In this document: one piece after another, positions 11,401-20,600 of the stretch | Layout of the letters: the number at the start of each line of letters is the position of its first letter | Position numbering within the stretch: the stretch's first letter is position 1 | DNA from: a virus | Taxonomy: Duplodnaviria > Caudoviricetes | Strand: one strand, 5' to 3' | Length of the DNA stretch: 64,000 nucleotides | Virus record (IMG/VR): IMGVR_UViG_3300035497_000279 | Coordinates: 64,001-128,000 of that record | Program-made: the position numbers and the translations under genes | The notes under the pieces: generated by a model | What the model saw: only the letters and a program-made list of their open reading frames with translations | Database searches by the model: none | Told to the model about the DNA's origin: nothing

Positions 11401-13807
11401 TGATGAAGGAACTGGTGGCGAATTTGAATCTACTACTGGAACTGGCACATTTAGATATGGTAGAGGATATAGCAAACAAATAGATCCTGGTATAAGAAAT
11501 GTTTCATTCAATTCCAAGAATGATACAGAGAAACAAACTATTGGCGATTCTGGATGCGGACCAGCAGCTGCTGTAAACGTATTAGAATCATTTAGATATG
11601 GTAAAGGAAGTAATGTTGTTAATGCTGCTAAGTATGCATTAGACAATGGGTACAAAGAAACTAATGGAGGAACTAAACCTGGATTCTTCTCTGACTATTT
11701 TGATATAAATGGTTATGGTTCTGAAACTACATCTAACAGATCTCAATTAGAGAATAATATTAATAATGGTATGCCTACAGTATTGATGGGTAAAGATTCA
11801 AATGGAGTATCATCTTCTACACCATTTGGTAAGACTCCTCATTATGTAGCTGTAACTGGAACTGATGGTAGAGGGCACGCTATAGTACAAGATCCTGAAT
11901 CTAAAGTTGATAATCAGCTTTATTCAACCAAAGATCTTTTATCTAAATCTTCTTTAGGAGTTTCTGCTTATGGTAGAGGAACAAAACGTAATAGAAGATC
12001 TAAAATATCTTCTTATGGTAAAGGTTTACGTGCTAGATATGGTATGGGTACAGTTAACCTAGATGACATGGTTACTGGTAATAATGGTATAAATCTTATT
12101 AAACACTATGAAGGGTATCGTTCTACAGCATATATGCTTTCTGGTGAAAGTAAATATACTATAGGTTGGGGTCATTCTGGTAGTGATGTTAAACCTGGGC
12201 AGAAAATTACAGAAGCTCAAGCTACTGAATTGCTTAAACAAGATCTTAAATCAGCAGAGCAATCTGTTAAGAGTAATCTTAAGAGTATATCCTTCACTAA
12301 TCCTACACAGAATCAGTTTGATGCATTAGTATCATATACTTATAATAGAGGTGTAGGAGCAGCTAAACAATTATATACTAATTGTAAGACACCTGAACAA
12401 ATTTCTGAAGGATTTGTTAAATATTGGGGAAGCGCTGTTAAATATAAGAGTGGCATAATGGCTCGTAGAAAAGCTGAACAAGCATTATTTAATTCAAATG
12501 CAACAAATTTTGTTGTGACTGGGTCAACGTCAGATACCGATACCACATCATCTGATGACTCTACTAGCAGTGATAGTTCTTCTAGCAATACTGGAATTAT
12601 TGATTCAGTTATTTCTACATTCTCTAATGTCTTAACCAACTCTACAGGTAGTAAGCTTCTTGAGGCATTTGCTGGATTAACTTCAAGCAGCTCATCCTCA
12701 ACTGATGATACTTCATCTGATAGCACCACTACAGATAGTACAGTATCTGGAGGTAATTATACTGGAACAGCTGGAGGACAACCTAAAAAGTTGTTAGAGG
12801 CTGCTACTAGCCAGATTGGGTATAGAGAAACTGGGAATAATAAGACTAAATATGGTGAATGGTTTGGTATGAATGGTCAACCATGGTGCGCAATGTATGT
12901 ATCATGGGCAGCTAACCAGGCAGGAATACCAACAACTATAATTCCTAAATATGCTTCTTGTGTTTCTGGATATTCCGATCTTAAGAATGCAGGAGCAAAA
13001 GAAGTTAAAGCTAATCAAGCAAATCCAGGTGATATTGTATTTTTCTATAATGGTAATAGATATTCTCATACTGGAATTGTAGAAGATTTAACCAATGGCA
13101 CTCTTCATACTGTTGAAGGAAATACATTAGATATGGTTGCAAGAAGATCATATAGTACTAGTGAAAGCAAGTTACATCTGCTTAGACCAAACTATACAGA
13201 TACTACATCAGGTGCTAGTTCTAGTAGTTCTTCTTCTACTAAGTATGCTGATGTTACAGGAATTCAGTCTTATGCTAATACCAGAGGTGGTAATTCTAAT
13301 AAACCATTATCTAGATTTGGTACATATAATGCTTCTCTTAATAGTGGTAAAGGTGGATTGGGCACTACAGGTATTAGGCATATGCTTAAGAGTAAAGAAG
13401 GAACATTTAAAATTGAAGAGCCTAATGAAGCAGAACAGTTATCACGTCTTGCTAAATCTGCTACAAGAAAAGTGGTTTACTATGGTAAAGGATCTTCAGA
13501 TAATACTTCTACAGCGTCATATACAACTAATGATTTCTTAAATTCTATAGTTAATATTTTAATGAGTATTGCTGATAATACTGATAAGCTTAACTTAATT
13601 GTAAGCATATTAAATGATAAACTTGGTATTGATATAACATCTAAAGATGTATCTAGCAACACTGGTAAATCATCTACATTAAAGAGTAAACTTAAGAGCA
13701 GTGTTGATAAGGGTACAGAAACAAATCTTAATAACTATGCAGATACTATTAATAATTCATCATTTAATACAGTAATTGAAGCTATGACAAAAATAGCAGC
13801 CGAATAA
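2492..13807 (+). CDS. tape-measure-like virion protein with C-terminal C39-like peptidase, GH24 lysozyme and CHAP domains
   Basis: 3771 aa, largely helical. Gly-rich hydrophobic repeats at ~6440-6960. C39-like motifs SGCGPAAA..HYVAVTG..D at ~11470-11960. Lysozyme motifs IKHYEG..YTIGWGH..NQFDALVS..RRKAE at ~12060-12500. CHAP motifs PWCAMYVSW..HTGIVE..VEGNT at ~12780-13200. Confidence 0.8.
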   Translation: MKGVNNYLKNVTKSIAFSAADVSKEEFAPEIVEFAEANKEIFVETYAMLKNPKVAIKKSVQAIQQSKVYQALDYGSKNLFEDLRTGNFYNKERMEKDETRLAGLNAENWNDLSEFGVDDDWEKNLGKDKNDKSNVVTAGDKAVVSAIEDTTKASSSATVNAVIGGANSINKNNRTNMAMLYTQNEKLFGGLHQDVTALGTTINSMAKMQSTSLHNIDENTSKFFTESLKLDNERNAILKEMLEMQRNMYKSAADKEKEQADKRRSNNKFRWSDISASGMPDLNNYFELVKKNVKNQVSSLGIGGLSEDSNMLASFMVSPMKYVTDYVVSGLIPATIKEATRELNDSVAGIFGNIIGRLGNARRDNEGGILGVLSKIFGINTGVNRSIDVSKYEKGPVPFDGLTRKAIIDVIPAHLRRIEAALTGRPEQMFNYDSGKWVTVKDIEKMYKDIKKNATAQGTAEISRVVKPAFDRVKASNKYDNDSLDKAWEELTEFLMENNGIFNPNVSSSKNNINPGKYPNLTNSKIYKIVCTIWKESITHTTETGTTRSNYSKLLNVPQQVLAAKDAEERRYREIESSQTNVIKQLMSEGGLNNFDKHGKWKKKNGRDDREEFKVYNNLNDYKDEFGNSVFNYLQNINKELTFVRLNGLTTITTYSGTINAKINGHNNKGKGKNKNKKLQNSLINTPINQNIDFNSISIDNPHLSRASSLLSHNDPISQRSLNRAIEKINKGEAIDLRDFDDDENQALLALTALIRDANTDEENKKIRDAINSNEVSAFIDKNFIGTNTTTLKQVKEAQRKADKEDSDNDKDDKYDDLQEKNFIDKIKETLNKYGSVSKAINGAGIEAFRNTLYAADKAIYEMMYKAELKDEDEEGNENKYEGFMDMIVGKTKETFKGLKSSIEENIIKPFKERLGIGDDFKTNFFDALKDLAGKGTKMFLNANKEVYGGVVKYGKRQIQNREDRKRAAKTKERLSGIYYRNENINSDTDYIDSDGKYINSDDEYELEQRARNLGISERDLQKLRDQSVTEDGQYYPQVYVSLLNQYCKSNSKKFSKKITPTDYDELASKFRRDNRLDALGAGQISVTKTKKDKNGNVIGTYQKRTVDRDASDKRMLEWGQDNNYLLENEKDIEDNLINNGLVTKEKLDTIRDNSYNFTYKYEKGEDGKKRRKKIRGDFNYDRYRASLMKIYDRDLNKNHAKGTLPFMGKSMLSKGELLFNSKGMSLVNKTDAYNITEPTHILNSEDSHDLLEGLGVKGIGPKVSIQQSLGKEKIAEKKLFGNKGGISHNASGSVKITGGTDITLDDLMENAKKYLPETAAGGTIGGIVGLLFGGPLLGAGIGAASSLINSSETLKSKLFGKMGENGERKNNGLISKSIQDTVKKYLPDATKYGLAGIIPGLLTPLGPLGGLLIGGAIGILKNNENFTNKYFGEKGKLTIKSKEKAIIEKLAPGAIKGAGIGAIATLFIGGPFGILGNAVIGSALGMMTTTDEWKNMILGTDINGVRQGGLVGALKDALSPITDSFVNLKDKLNKVIDDNIVTPLQKFLVPAIHSIPRLLGLVPKKITEFLDSRYGRSFNKVLQTALKPVNFIGSKAIDFAGGVADVATRPFKLLGKAGDAIRTSDITHNRADYMTARERIKFLQEQEKDYLVSPMEKVLANIGLGGDNLSVEDAKNLRDKLNILSDNEKDIDKAQRSSFKDIRSNLENYRMGNGKSLSNKTLKKVNKALETNDVPQVVKILENSGMSKEELNSLMYGDVGLNDKLTKFSDLKERKRRLIDNKGDKAGITDEANKMLEKLGIKDIDLSKSDDVLKLSSLLNTEITDREANPKSLEEKELSLSEDRTENVKILVEDINTITDIMKEGISIKGDDLAKLFKDNVEQQVSEAMDEANENFDKVAGKEVSKFKGEASDSLIDELSRHNTNSIAAAAKTGLDHLNNSKQAKTLTAEQASVDPDQETRKIAAKFIKDTKLIIDDGVIELLASESEQNDKTLESFFKQASEYRDVFNNEISKEDAEWVLSLMPVERENVLNKLKSLDKAGIQVENIREVLETNTMDYGNSSAGNLTKHALKVLGGVGTGAGKFLFDKLNPLSKESAYKTFKGWRNDRRLDKNYEEVKKEEEVKKEEEVKEEKEEDTGAEPVAENGLGTMLLRGAGKLASGAFKGIKSLLGGGNKEKDSGNTEKAAAANAVEKAIGEPPEAAPAPVGDTDDIDKKGDGRSVVQTSAGPVYAKLGTDGSIDYDTTDSKTKEVVNKLTTKEKITEKLQKAQQAASDSINKLFKEGKEEQKGTKLSLIDLIFGGALLAKSGILTKLYEGVIKPLWENKLEPWISDTVIPWVTDDLIPAIVDVGGTVVNGIVSALKDEIFNSGGLVAQLFKNVLDPNSDDEEKDTEIPLDDKDPNQMTKMYDENGNYLTYGQIKNGEYKKLYSVDGEEIYVDDNNNIINKAENNYYGKIASIIGNGAAHAFAQGGVPFISKVSEGLTTLSTKGGIASKIIGDTGSAILKPVTAAGSLGDTIANSLAETSLGRTTVKNARAAGTITEDAATLGQNLLGKVKNAASGTKIGQWLQSGKDLNKAKSLGGMFTEDAGLSQKVASKVATATEAVSSKLSKITTKAHGVIDNLFTNSRVVSKLKSVAEVLHIDDVVSWISKFKDKVVSVFDDALAKGVEKVSSETVKKVASKLNFIATIAFIVKDFITGCDQAESILGVTDTTIVEELVAGIVNALCNLLIIPAIFPGIATIARSLLEFLGDDLDDRQKEADEELEQYKQITGSDISKEEYLKQNYSVTGKIGSKIKSVTSKAKDAVVTKVKSAVTTGVKTVGDGVLGGISTAVNALGKLFAVPAAFVSKCINSIGDTFQNLVNEITTVKIDNNTVIEQAKAGNISVFSSDYWSVESNHTGFGAIGKIYGWLTRAMNAPIILLSNVFSSVADSFSNIKDWLGDKFSGVKDFFEDPLSFIYKKVTGKGTDEGTGGEFESTTGTGTFRYGRGYSKQIDPGIRNVSFNSKNDTEKQTIGDSGCGPAAAVNVLESFRYGKGSNVVNAAKYALDNGYKETNGGTKPGFFSDYFDINGYGSETTSNRSQLENNINNGMPTVLMGKDSNGVSSSTPFGKTPHYVAVTGTDGRGHAIVQDPESKVDNQLYSTKDLLSKSSLGVSAYGRGTKRNRRSKISSYGKGLRARYGMGTVNLDDMVTGNNGINLIKHYEGYRSTAYMLSGESKYTIGWGHSGSDVKPGQKITEAQATELLKQDLKSAEQSVKSNLKSISFTNPTQNQFDALVSYTYNRGVGAAKQLYTNCKTPEQISEGFVKYWGSAVKYKSGIMARRKAEQALFNSNATNFVVTGSTSDTDTTSSDDSTSSDSSSSNTGIIDSVISTFSNVLTNSTGSKLLEAFAGLTSSSSSSTDDTSSDSTTTDSTVSGGNYTGTAGGQPKKLLEAATSQIGYRETGNNKTKYGEWFGMNGQPWCAMYVSWAANQAGIPTTIIPKYASCVSGYSDLKNAGAKEVKANQANPGDIVFFYNGNRYSHTGIVEDLTNGTLHTVEGNTLDMVARRSYSTSESKLHLLRPNYTDTTSGASSSSSSSTKYADVTGIQSYANTRGGNSNKPLSRFGTYNASLNSGKGGLGTTGIRHMLKSKEGTFKIEEPNEAEQLSRLAKSATRKVVYYGKGSSDNTSTASYTTNDFLNSIVNILMSIADNTDKLNLIVSILNDKLGIDITSKDVSSNTGKSSTLKSKLKSSVDKGTETNLNNYADTINNSSFNTVIEAMTKIAAE
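8840..8893 (+). repeat. 18-bp in-frame tandem repeat x3 (EEVKKE)
   Basis: gaagaagttaaaaaagaa twice, plus gaagaagttaaagaagaa. Confidence 0.85.
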
Positions 13808-13821
13808 ATATTACGATTTTC

Positions 13822-13849
13822 TTGGAGTGGTCAAAATCGACCACTCCAA
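13822..13849 (+). terminator. hairpin TTGGAGTGGTC-aaaatc-GACCACTCCAA
   Basis: 11-bp perfect stem after the tape-measure-like gene. Confidence 0.7.
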
Positions 13850-13861
13850 CATTATGTTAAT
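13848..13861 (+). promoter_or_regulatory. late promoter motif AACA-TTATGT-TAAT
   Basis: Upstream of 13881. Confidence 0.65.
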
Positions 13862-13880
13862 ATATAGGGAGGTGAGTATA

Positions 13881-15470
13881 ATGGCTAAACCTAAAGGTAA
13901 AAATGTTACTTCTGAGAAGAAAAGCAAGACAAAATCAAAAAATACAACTAGTAGTAGCACCACTACCACTACAAATAAAAATGAATCTATCGTAAATGTA
14001 GTAGACGACAGTAGTGATGAAACTATTATAGATGATAATTTCTTAGTAGACTATGGAAGTGTAAATAATAATACCGATTCTGGATATTTATCAAATTTAG
14101 AAAGTGGATTATTAGTTAAAGATCTTAGAGGTATACTTGGTATGCCTCCCCAGTTTCTTGCTAGTGCTGATCCTAGAATAAATTCTACAACAGGTCAAGG
14201 AGCAGATGGTGGTCTTGGTAGAACATATTCTGAAAAGATAATAAAGAATATACCTTTATTACTTATTACTGCCGGTACTCCATCTTTTATGAGTTCATTT
14301 AGCAAATCACAAAAGAAATCTATAATAGAGAATTTCTTAGGTGCCACTACTAAATCATTCGACAATCTAATGACAACAGGTTCTGGCAAATACTATAGTC
14401 TCAAATACTCCTATACAGAATACTTTGGGTACGTTAATACAATGCTTAGATCAGCAGCAATATTTTTGGATATTGCTGATGAGAAGGTTGATAATAAAAA
14501 ATTGGGAAGCCTTAATTGGTTATATTATAATACATCAGATGGAACAGATATATTTGGACATGAAGGATTAAAGAAATTCTTAGGACCATATGCTGGGTGT
14601 ATTGCTATGTATGCTGATTGCGGCACAGATGTATCAGATTCATTTGGTAACTCTACAACAGAATCATCATTAGTTTCAAGTATCAATTCATTATCAGATA
14701 AAGGTAGAGAATTAAATTTCTTAGTTGGTACCACTAGTAGTATGACTGGAGTTGATCTTGATAAATGGATTGGGCAAGAAGATTTACAAGAAAATATTAA
14801 TAATGTGCAAGATATGGTTAGTAAACTAGGTTTAGGTAGTAATAATGTATTTTCTGATATAATTGGTAAAGCTAGAACACTATTAGCTGGAGGAAGATTG
14901 ATATTCCCAGAAATATGGTCAGATTCTTCATTTAGTAGATCATATGGTTGTAAAATGAAATTGGTTGCTCCTGCTGGAGATAAATTGTCAGTGTACTTAT
15001 ATATACTAGTACCAATATACCACTTAATAGCATTAGTATTACCAAGACAATCTACTGGTCAAGCTTATTATTCACCATTTCTTGTTAGAGGGTATTATAA
15101 GGGATTATTTAATATTGATATGGGTATTGTTACTGATTTATCTGTAACTAAGGGTTCTGAAGGTGAATGGACTATAGATGGAATCCCTACAGTTGCAGAA
15201 GTATCATTTTCAATAAAGGATTTATATGATGGATTATCTATGTCATCAGATATTACATTCTCTAAAGAGATATTCTCTAATATATCTGAATTAGACTATA
15301 TTGCTAATAGCTGTGGCATAAATATTAATGACCAAGAGATTGGTAGAACTTTTAAACTATGGAAGGGTCTTACTGCGGCATCATTTAAAGATATTGTTAC
15401 TACTGGTATATTTGGAAATGTAGCTAAATACTTCAATCAAAAACTTGCTAATATATTTGGTGTGTTTTAA
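13881..15470 (+). CDS. putative baseplate/tail structural protein (jumbo-phage type)
   Basis: Directly follows the tape-measure-like gene; late promoter; motifs PPQFLASADPR and FPEIWSDSSFSRSY recalled from phiKZ/AR9-like virion proteins; start refined by GGAGGTG ribosome-binding site. Confidence 0.6.
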   Translation: MAKPKGKNVTSEKKSKTKSKNTTSSSTTTTTNKNESIVNVVDDSSDETIIDDNFLVDYGSVNNNTDSGYLSNLESGLLVKDLRGILGMPPQFLASADPRINSTTGQGADGGLGRTYSEKIIKNIPLLLITAGTPSFMSSFSKSQKKSIIENFLGATTKSFDNLMTTGSGKYYSLKYSYTEYFGYVNTMLRSAAIFLDIADEKVDNKKLGSLNWLYYNTSDGTDIFGHEGLKKFLGPYAGCIAMYADCGTDVSDSFGNSTTESSLVSSINSLSDKGRELNFLVGTTSSMTGVDLDKWIGQEDLQENINNVQDMVSKLGLGSNNVFSDIIGKARTLLAGGRLIFPEIWSDSSFSRSYGCKMKLVAPAGDKLSVYLYILVPIYHLIALVLPRQSTGQAYYSPFLVRGYYKGLFNIDMGIVTDLSVTKGSEGEWTIDGIPTVAEVSFSIKDLYDGLSMSSDITFSKEIFSNISELDYIANSCGININDQEIGRTFKLWKGLTAASFKDIVTTGIFGNVAKYFNQKLANIFGVF

Positions 15471-15480
15471 AACAACGATG

Positions 15481-15494
15481 CACATCTATATAAA
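15481..15494 (+). promoter_or_regulatory. late promoter motif CACA-TCTATA-TAAA
   Basis: Upstream of rusA. Confidence 0.55.
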
Positions 15495-15520
15495 GTTTAA
15501 ATATTGGAGAATTATATATT

Positions 15521-16231
15521 ATGAAAAACAAGAAACAAAAAATGATAGAATATGAAGAAAAATATTCTCATATTCCTAAAGATTATAAAGAAAGACTTGA
15601 ATATCTTTATGATGCTTTAAAGATAGATGATACTAAATCAGAAGAAATCTTAGCAGCTAGACAAGCATTTATAGATAGTACATATTATGAAACTGTAAGA
15701 ATGGTGTTATATGAAGTGCCAGAATATACTCCAAGACCAAGAGCTAGACTTATAAATAAGGCAGGTATACTTAATGCTGCCACAGGGAACAATAGTTTTA
15801 TTCAAGTATATTCAATTACCGGAAGACAAAATAAAGAATACATGAAGATGTTTACCAAAGAAAATTTATGGTATCTTAATCAATTATTATGTACTCCATG
15901 TGATATTGAATATAAAGCTTATTTCCCTACACCATCATATTACAATAAAACAGATATATTCTTGGCAGAGATTGGTATTAACCGCCCTATAATAAAACCT
16001 GACTTTGATAATATAGAGAAATCTTATGCTGATTCATTTACTAATAATATATGGATAGATGATATTGTTGTAGTAGATGCTACAATAAGAAAGTATTACT
16101 CTATATTACCAAGAGTTGAAATAGATCTTAAATATGCTAATCAATTATGTAATTACCATCAATATAAATCAATGATAAAGAGAAAAGATTTTACCGATGA
16201 AATGAGCGTTATGTATTTTGGAGGTAAATAA
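15521..16231 (+). CDS. rusA: RusA-family Holliday junction resolvase
   Basis: KPDFDNIEKSYADS..WIDDIVVV..KYY..PRVEI matches the RusA KPDxDN..K..D..DD catalytic signature. Confidence 0.8.
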   Translation: MKNKKQKMIEYEEKYSHIPKDYKERLEYLYDALKIDDTKSEEILAARQAFIDSTYYETVRMVLYEVPEYTPRPRARLINKAGILNAATGNNSFIQVYSITGRQNKEYMKMFTKENLWYLNQLLCTPCDIEYKAYFPTPSYYNKTDIFLAEIGINRPIIKPDFDNIEKSYADSFTNNIWIDDIVVVDATIRKYYSILPRVEIDLKYANQLCNYHQYKSMIKRKDFTDEMSVMYFGGK

Positions 16232-16233
16232 TT

Positions 16234-16512
16234 ATGGTAGAATTTGAAGAGGTTTATGAGTGTAAGAAACTTATAAATAGTTTTAGTGTAGATGAGATTA
16301 AGAAGGTTATAGAGAATAATACTAATAGTATTGTATCTATAACTAATAATGGTTATGCTGTAACTTGCAGTGGAGGTATTAATGAAGCGACATGTATTGC
16401 AGCTCAAGCATGTAAAGAATTACTTGGAGATAAGCTAACCGTACCTTCGATATTATTATTTAATATCTATACTATTATGAAAGATTATTTTATTATTTCA
16501 TTTAGAGCATAA
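16234..16512 (+). CDS. hypothetical protein
   Basis: GGAGGT ribosome-binding site; co-oriented with rusA. Confidence 0.65.
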   Translation: MVEFEEVYECKKLINSFSVDEIKKVIENNTNSIVSITNNGYAVTCSGGINEATCIAAQACKELLGDKLTVPSILLFNIYTIMKDYFIISFRA

Positions 16513-16517
16513 AATCA

Positions 16518-16543
16518 CCGTACTGCCATTATCGGCAGTACGG
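16518..16543. terminator. hairpin CCGTACTGCC-attatc-GGCAGTACGG between convergent genes
   Basis: 10-bp perfect stem. Confidence 0.75.
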
Positions 16544-16597
16544 CAATCTTTTTATATATAAGGAACAGACCCGCTCTTACAATATTGTTAGTTAATT

Positions 16598-17599
16598 TTA
16601 TACAGCATTTATAGATCTAAGATACTCATCAATAAACTCCTCATTCATTGGGCAGATCTCTGCTGTATTAACCATTTCCAGCATTGTATACATAAGTGTA
16701 GCAGAATTAACAATGCTTTCCATATCTACTGAACCTTCAGTAATGTATTTAGATTTAAGATTATCATCCTTAAATACTGCCTTGGTCAATGATTCTACAA
16801 GACACTGGAAGATTGATTTTTCTTTAAATGTTTCCATCTCAATAATCTGTCTTTTAGCACGGGAAGTAATATCTTCAGCATATGACTCTTCTGTAGCCTG
16901 ATCAATCTGATCTTTTGCTGTATTAATTACTTCCTGATAATCTAACTTAGAAGCCGTATTAGAATCAATAAAATCAGCGATAGAATCAGCAACTCTATCT
17001 TTAATCATCTTAGATGCATCAGAACAATCCACATCTTCAAGCTCCTCAAAGAATTCATTTCCAATAGTATTATCAAGCTTAAGTGGTCTACCAATAAGGA
17101 ATCCTAACTCATCAGTTTCAGAATTATCATCACAATTATTAGTATCACACTCAAGCAGTTTATTATAATATTTATCACAAATTCTACTAAACTCTGATAA
17201 CATGATGTTCTTGGTAGCGAAATTACTAACAAGATTCCATGCTCCATTTTCCTTAACAAATTTAGTTACAAGATTTCTAGCAACTAATTTATCATTCTCA
17301 TCAAGAGGAATAACAGAAGATTCTTTATATAACTTATATAAACACTCAGAAACAAATGCATTCTTTACAGTTTCTAAATATTCTGAACGTTTAGCAATCT
17401 CATCATATGATTCATTTATATATGCAGTACGTGCTACATTTGCTTCGTCATACTCTCTCTGCATAGCAGACTGTTCTCTCTGGATTTCTTCCTGCTGCTG
17501 ATTATACGCTGCTTCTCTCTGAGCCTGAATATCTTTAAAAATCTCAGCTGGGCTATATGAAAGACCTCCTTTAAGAGGCTGATTTTTATCTGTATACAT
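16598..17599 (-). CDS. putative virion (head-associated) protein
   Basis: Own late promoter (17621-17634) and GGAGGT ribosome-binding site; several x-x-E|S/G motifs (INES, LVES, ITEG). Confidence 0.6.
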   Translation of the reverse strand: MYTDKNQPLKGGLSYSPAEIFKDIQAQREAAYNQQQEEIQREQSAMQREYDEANVARTAYINESYDEIAKRSEYLETVKNAFVSECLYKLYKESSVIPLDENDKLVARNLVTKFVKENGAWNLVSNFATKNIMLSEFSRICDKYYNKLLECDTNNCDDNSETDELGFLIGRPLKLDNTIGNEFFEELEDVDCSDASKMIKDRVADSIADFIDSNTASKLDYQEVINTAKDQIDQATEESYAEDITSRAKRQIIEMETFKEKSIFQCLVESLTKAVFKDDNLKSKYITEGSVDMESIVNSATLMYTMLEMVNTAEICPMNEEFIDEYLRSINAV

Positions 17600-17620
17600 T
17601 ATTTAATACCTCCTTAAATT

Positions 17621-17634
17621 TTTACTTGAATGTT
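17621..17634 (-). promoter_or_regulatory. late promoter motif AACA-TTCAAG-TAAA
   Basis: Upstream of 17599 (minus strand). Confidence 0.65.
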
Positions 17635-20600
17635 TTAATATACGACTATTGTTACATCTGGAGTTAATGTCTTATCATCAGACGTAGCAACATTGATAAA
17701 TTCTGGACAAACGTCTGCATCTATTGATTCATCTAAATATAAATGCTGGCAGTTTGGTCCGTAATTATTCACTCCCTGGAATTCAAAGTATTTTAATTGC
17801 TCTCTATAGTTATTTGTTATAAGAGTAACAATATTAGGCATATGTATTTCATTAATCTCATTAATAGTTTCAATATATTCTTTAATATCATCTACTATAT
17901 GAGAAGCAATTGATTTATCACTTGAGGATTCAGCCTCTAAAGCAAACTTCAAAGATATAGCAACGTTATCTATATAATTGATACATCTTGAAGTATCTGC
18001 TAATCTTACCCATCCTTCATAAGGACTATCAATCTTGCCCCATAATCCATCTGTCTGTTTAATGGTAATAACTTCACCTAAAGCAATCTCGCCAATTACA
18101 GTCTCAGTTTCAAGATCTGAGTATACATATAATTTCTTTGTAGCAACTTTAGCGTTATATGAAGTCTCTGTAGGTAATATGTAATAGAATCTATTAGATG
18201 GACCATAAGTATTAACAAACTTAAAGTCTACACTAAATGTATCCTCAAGAGTTACTAAGCATTCTTCCATGTACTTACGACGTTCTTCCAATACAAATAT
18301 AAAATCTTGCATAGAAGACTCAGTAGATAAGAATCCATATTTAAGCATAGGGATTCTTTTAACTGAATAATTATAGTAATAATTGCCACTACTATTCATC
18401 TTATAGATAGGTTTATACTCAGAGTATGTATTTCCTAAAGAATCCTTTCTAGTAATCTCTTTATACAATGGAGAACCATTAAGATCTGTATCCTGAATCT
18501 GGCTTACTGTTACTTCACTAGTCATCATACTAGAATAATCATGATAGAAATCTAATCCACCATCTACAGATAATACATTACATAATGTATATCTACTAAG
18601 ATCTACGTAGTTATACTGATTTATAAGTTTTACAACTAATTCATCATTGAGCAATGTATTCTGTACAAAATCAGAGTCTTTATTATTTCTAAGATATTTA
18701 AGAATAGAAGTTTCTGTACTAAGCTCATCCCCATTATAATCATATACATGCTGCATATACTCATTATTTGACTTCATAATAGAAACTACATTAACCTGGC
18801 TTCCATCTTCATTTTCATAATAAACATCATTCTTTAAGAAATCACTAATTATATCATCTTTAGTTGGTAATATTGCTTCAAGTTCTGATCTATTACCAAT
18901 TCCATCATCTCCATATAAAACTATCTTAGCAGTCTCTTCAGTAATAGTTTTATTGTTCTCATCTTTCTCACCAGGCAAAGTACCAAAGTCAGCTAAGATA
19001 TATACTTTTGCATATGTATTCTTATTCATATACCCATGTGCTGAACTGATAGAATCTACATGCTGTAATGCTTCTGGTTTAGCATTGTTGATTCCAATAA
19101 TATTAATTCTGTTATTAAGATCCATTAGATCATCTGTCTCCATTACGAAAGTAAATGTGTATACATCACTTTCTCTATCATATGTAGATAATGTACCTTC
19201 AATATATCTATATGGGTTACTGTCAGTTTCATCAGCATATAAAACCATGATTACTTTGATTTTGATATTGTTTAATACAATTTCATCATTAGCATCATAA
19301 TCTATAGTTACAAGATCTTTACTTGTACTATCTGTATTTCTGATTATATCCATAGTCATAATATACTTATTATCATAAGTACATTCATTACCATTCTCAT
19401 CTTCATACAAATATTTACGTGCCCAATTCATATTGGTTGTGACAAACTGAACATCTGATTCTGTATTAACAGACTCAAACTTAAATGTTTTATTCTCGTT
19501 CATTACTGTAAGTAAATATGAAGTAATAAGATCATCATCTATAGTTATAAGAAATGGAGAGATATACTCAAATACTCTTACAAGATCTCCATCACTATTG
19601 TATACCATAGGGTAAGGGTATTTATCATCATCCAATCCTTCAACATACACAGGTTTTTTGGTTGTAGCATAGTTGTTATCTGAGTCTGTACCATGATCAT
19701 AATAATAGAATTTCATTCCTGGAGTTATAACCAGATTATTATTCCCAGCAAATCCATTAAAATCTGTCTGCTCAATAATTGCAGATAAAGTATTTGTAGG
19801 GTATACAGTATCATTCTTTTTTGTAATCATGTATGCATAATACAATCTCTCAAATGGGTTATCCCTTTTCTTATAGAAATAAAGATAATTGTAATCATCA
19901 TTAATAGAATTGAAGAAGTTATTCAAATCAGTAGTATTGATTACTGATCCTCTAGATTGAGATTCTCTAGGAATGATTTTCTTTAAATCACTCATAGATT
20001 TTTTATCTTTACCACCATTAGATACACCATTTAACAATGGGTATACAAGCATATACATTCCGTTATAATTATTATAATCTTCACAAGCCATACTAGTACG
20101 GAAGTCTTGATTATAAGTAATATTTCCACTATAACCATCACTAAGTGTTACATTGATTCTTATTGTAGCATTTAGTTTTGGAACATAGGAGTCTCTAGAG
20201 AATATAATTCTTATGGTATTCTCATTAAGATATTCATAATAACACCATTCTCCATCCTCTACAGTATAATCTAACAATCCAGAATATATAGGAGTTAGAT
20301 GTTTAACATAGCCATCAGATTCGATAATATCTATATCAAAACAAGTTAACTGATCTTCGAATTCAAATGTAACAGTCTTATTCTCTATATCATTATCAGT
20401 CAATATATTTCTATCAATCTCTACTAATGTAACCTGATGTAATCTAGCAGAGAATGCTACATACTCTACATCATCTACAGTTGTCTTTATGATTGTAGTA
20501 ATATATGGGTTAGTTATATCAGATATTGGATTTGCTTGCTTAATTACATTAGTACCAGTCTCAAATAGATCATACATTGCTGTATATATAAACTCACCAT

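Noticed and set aside
2489-13662. Many short antisense or alternative-frame ORFs inside large genes (also throughout the window)
   Set aside because: Shadow ORFs from codon bias and low complexity; no ribosome-binding sites or recognisable motifs
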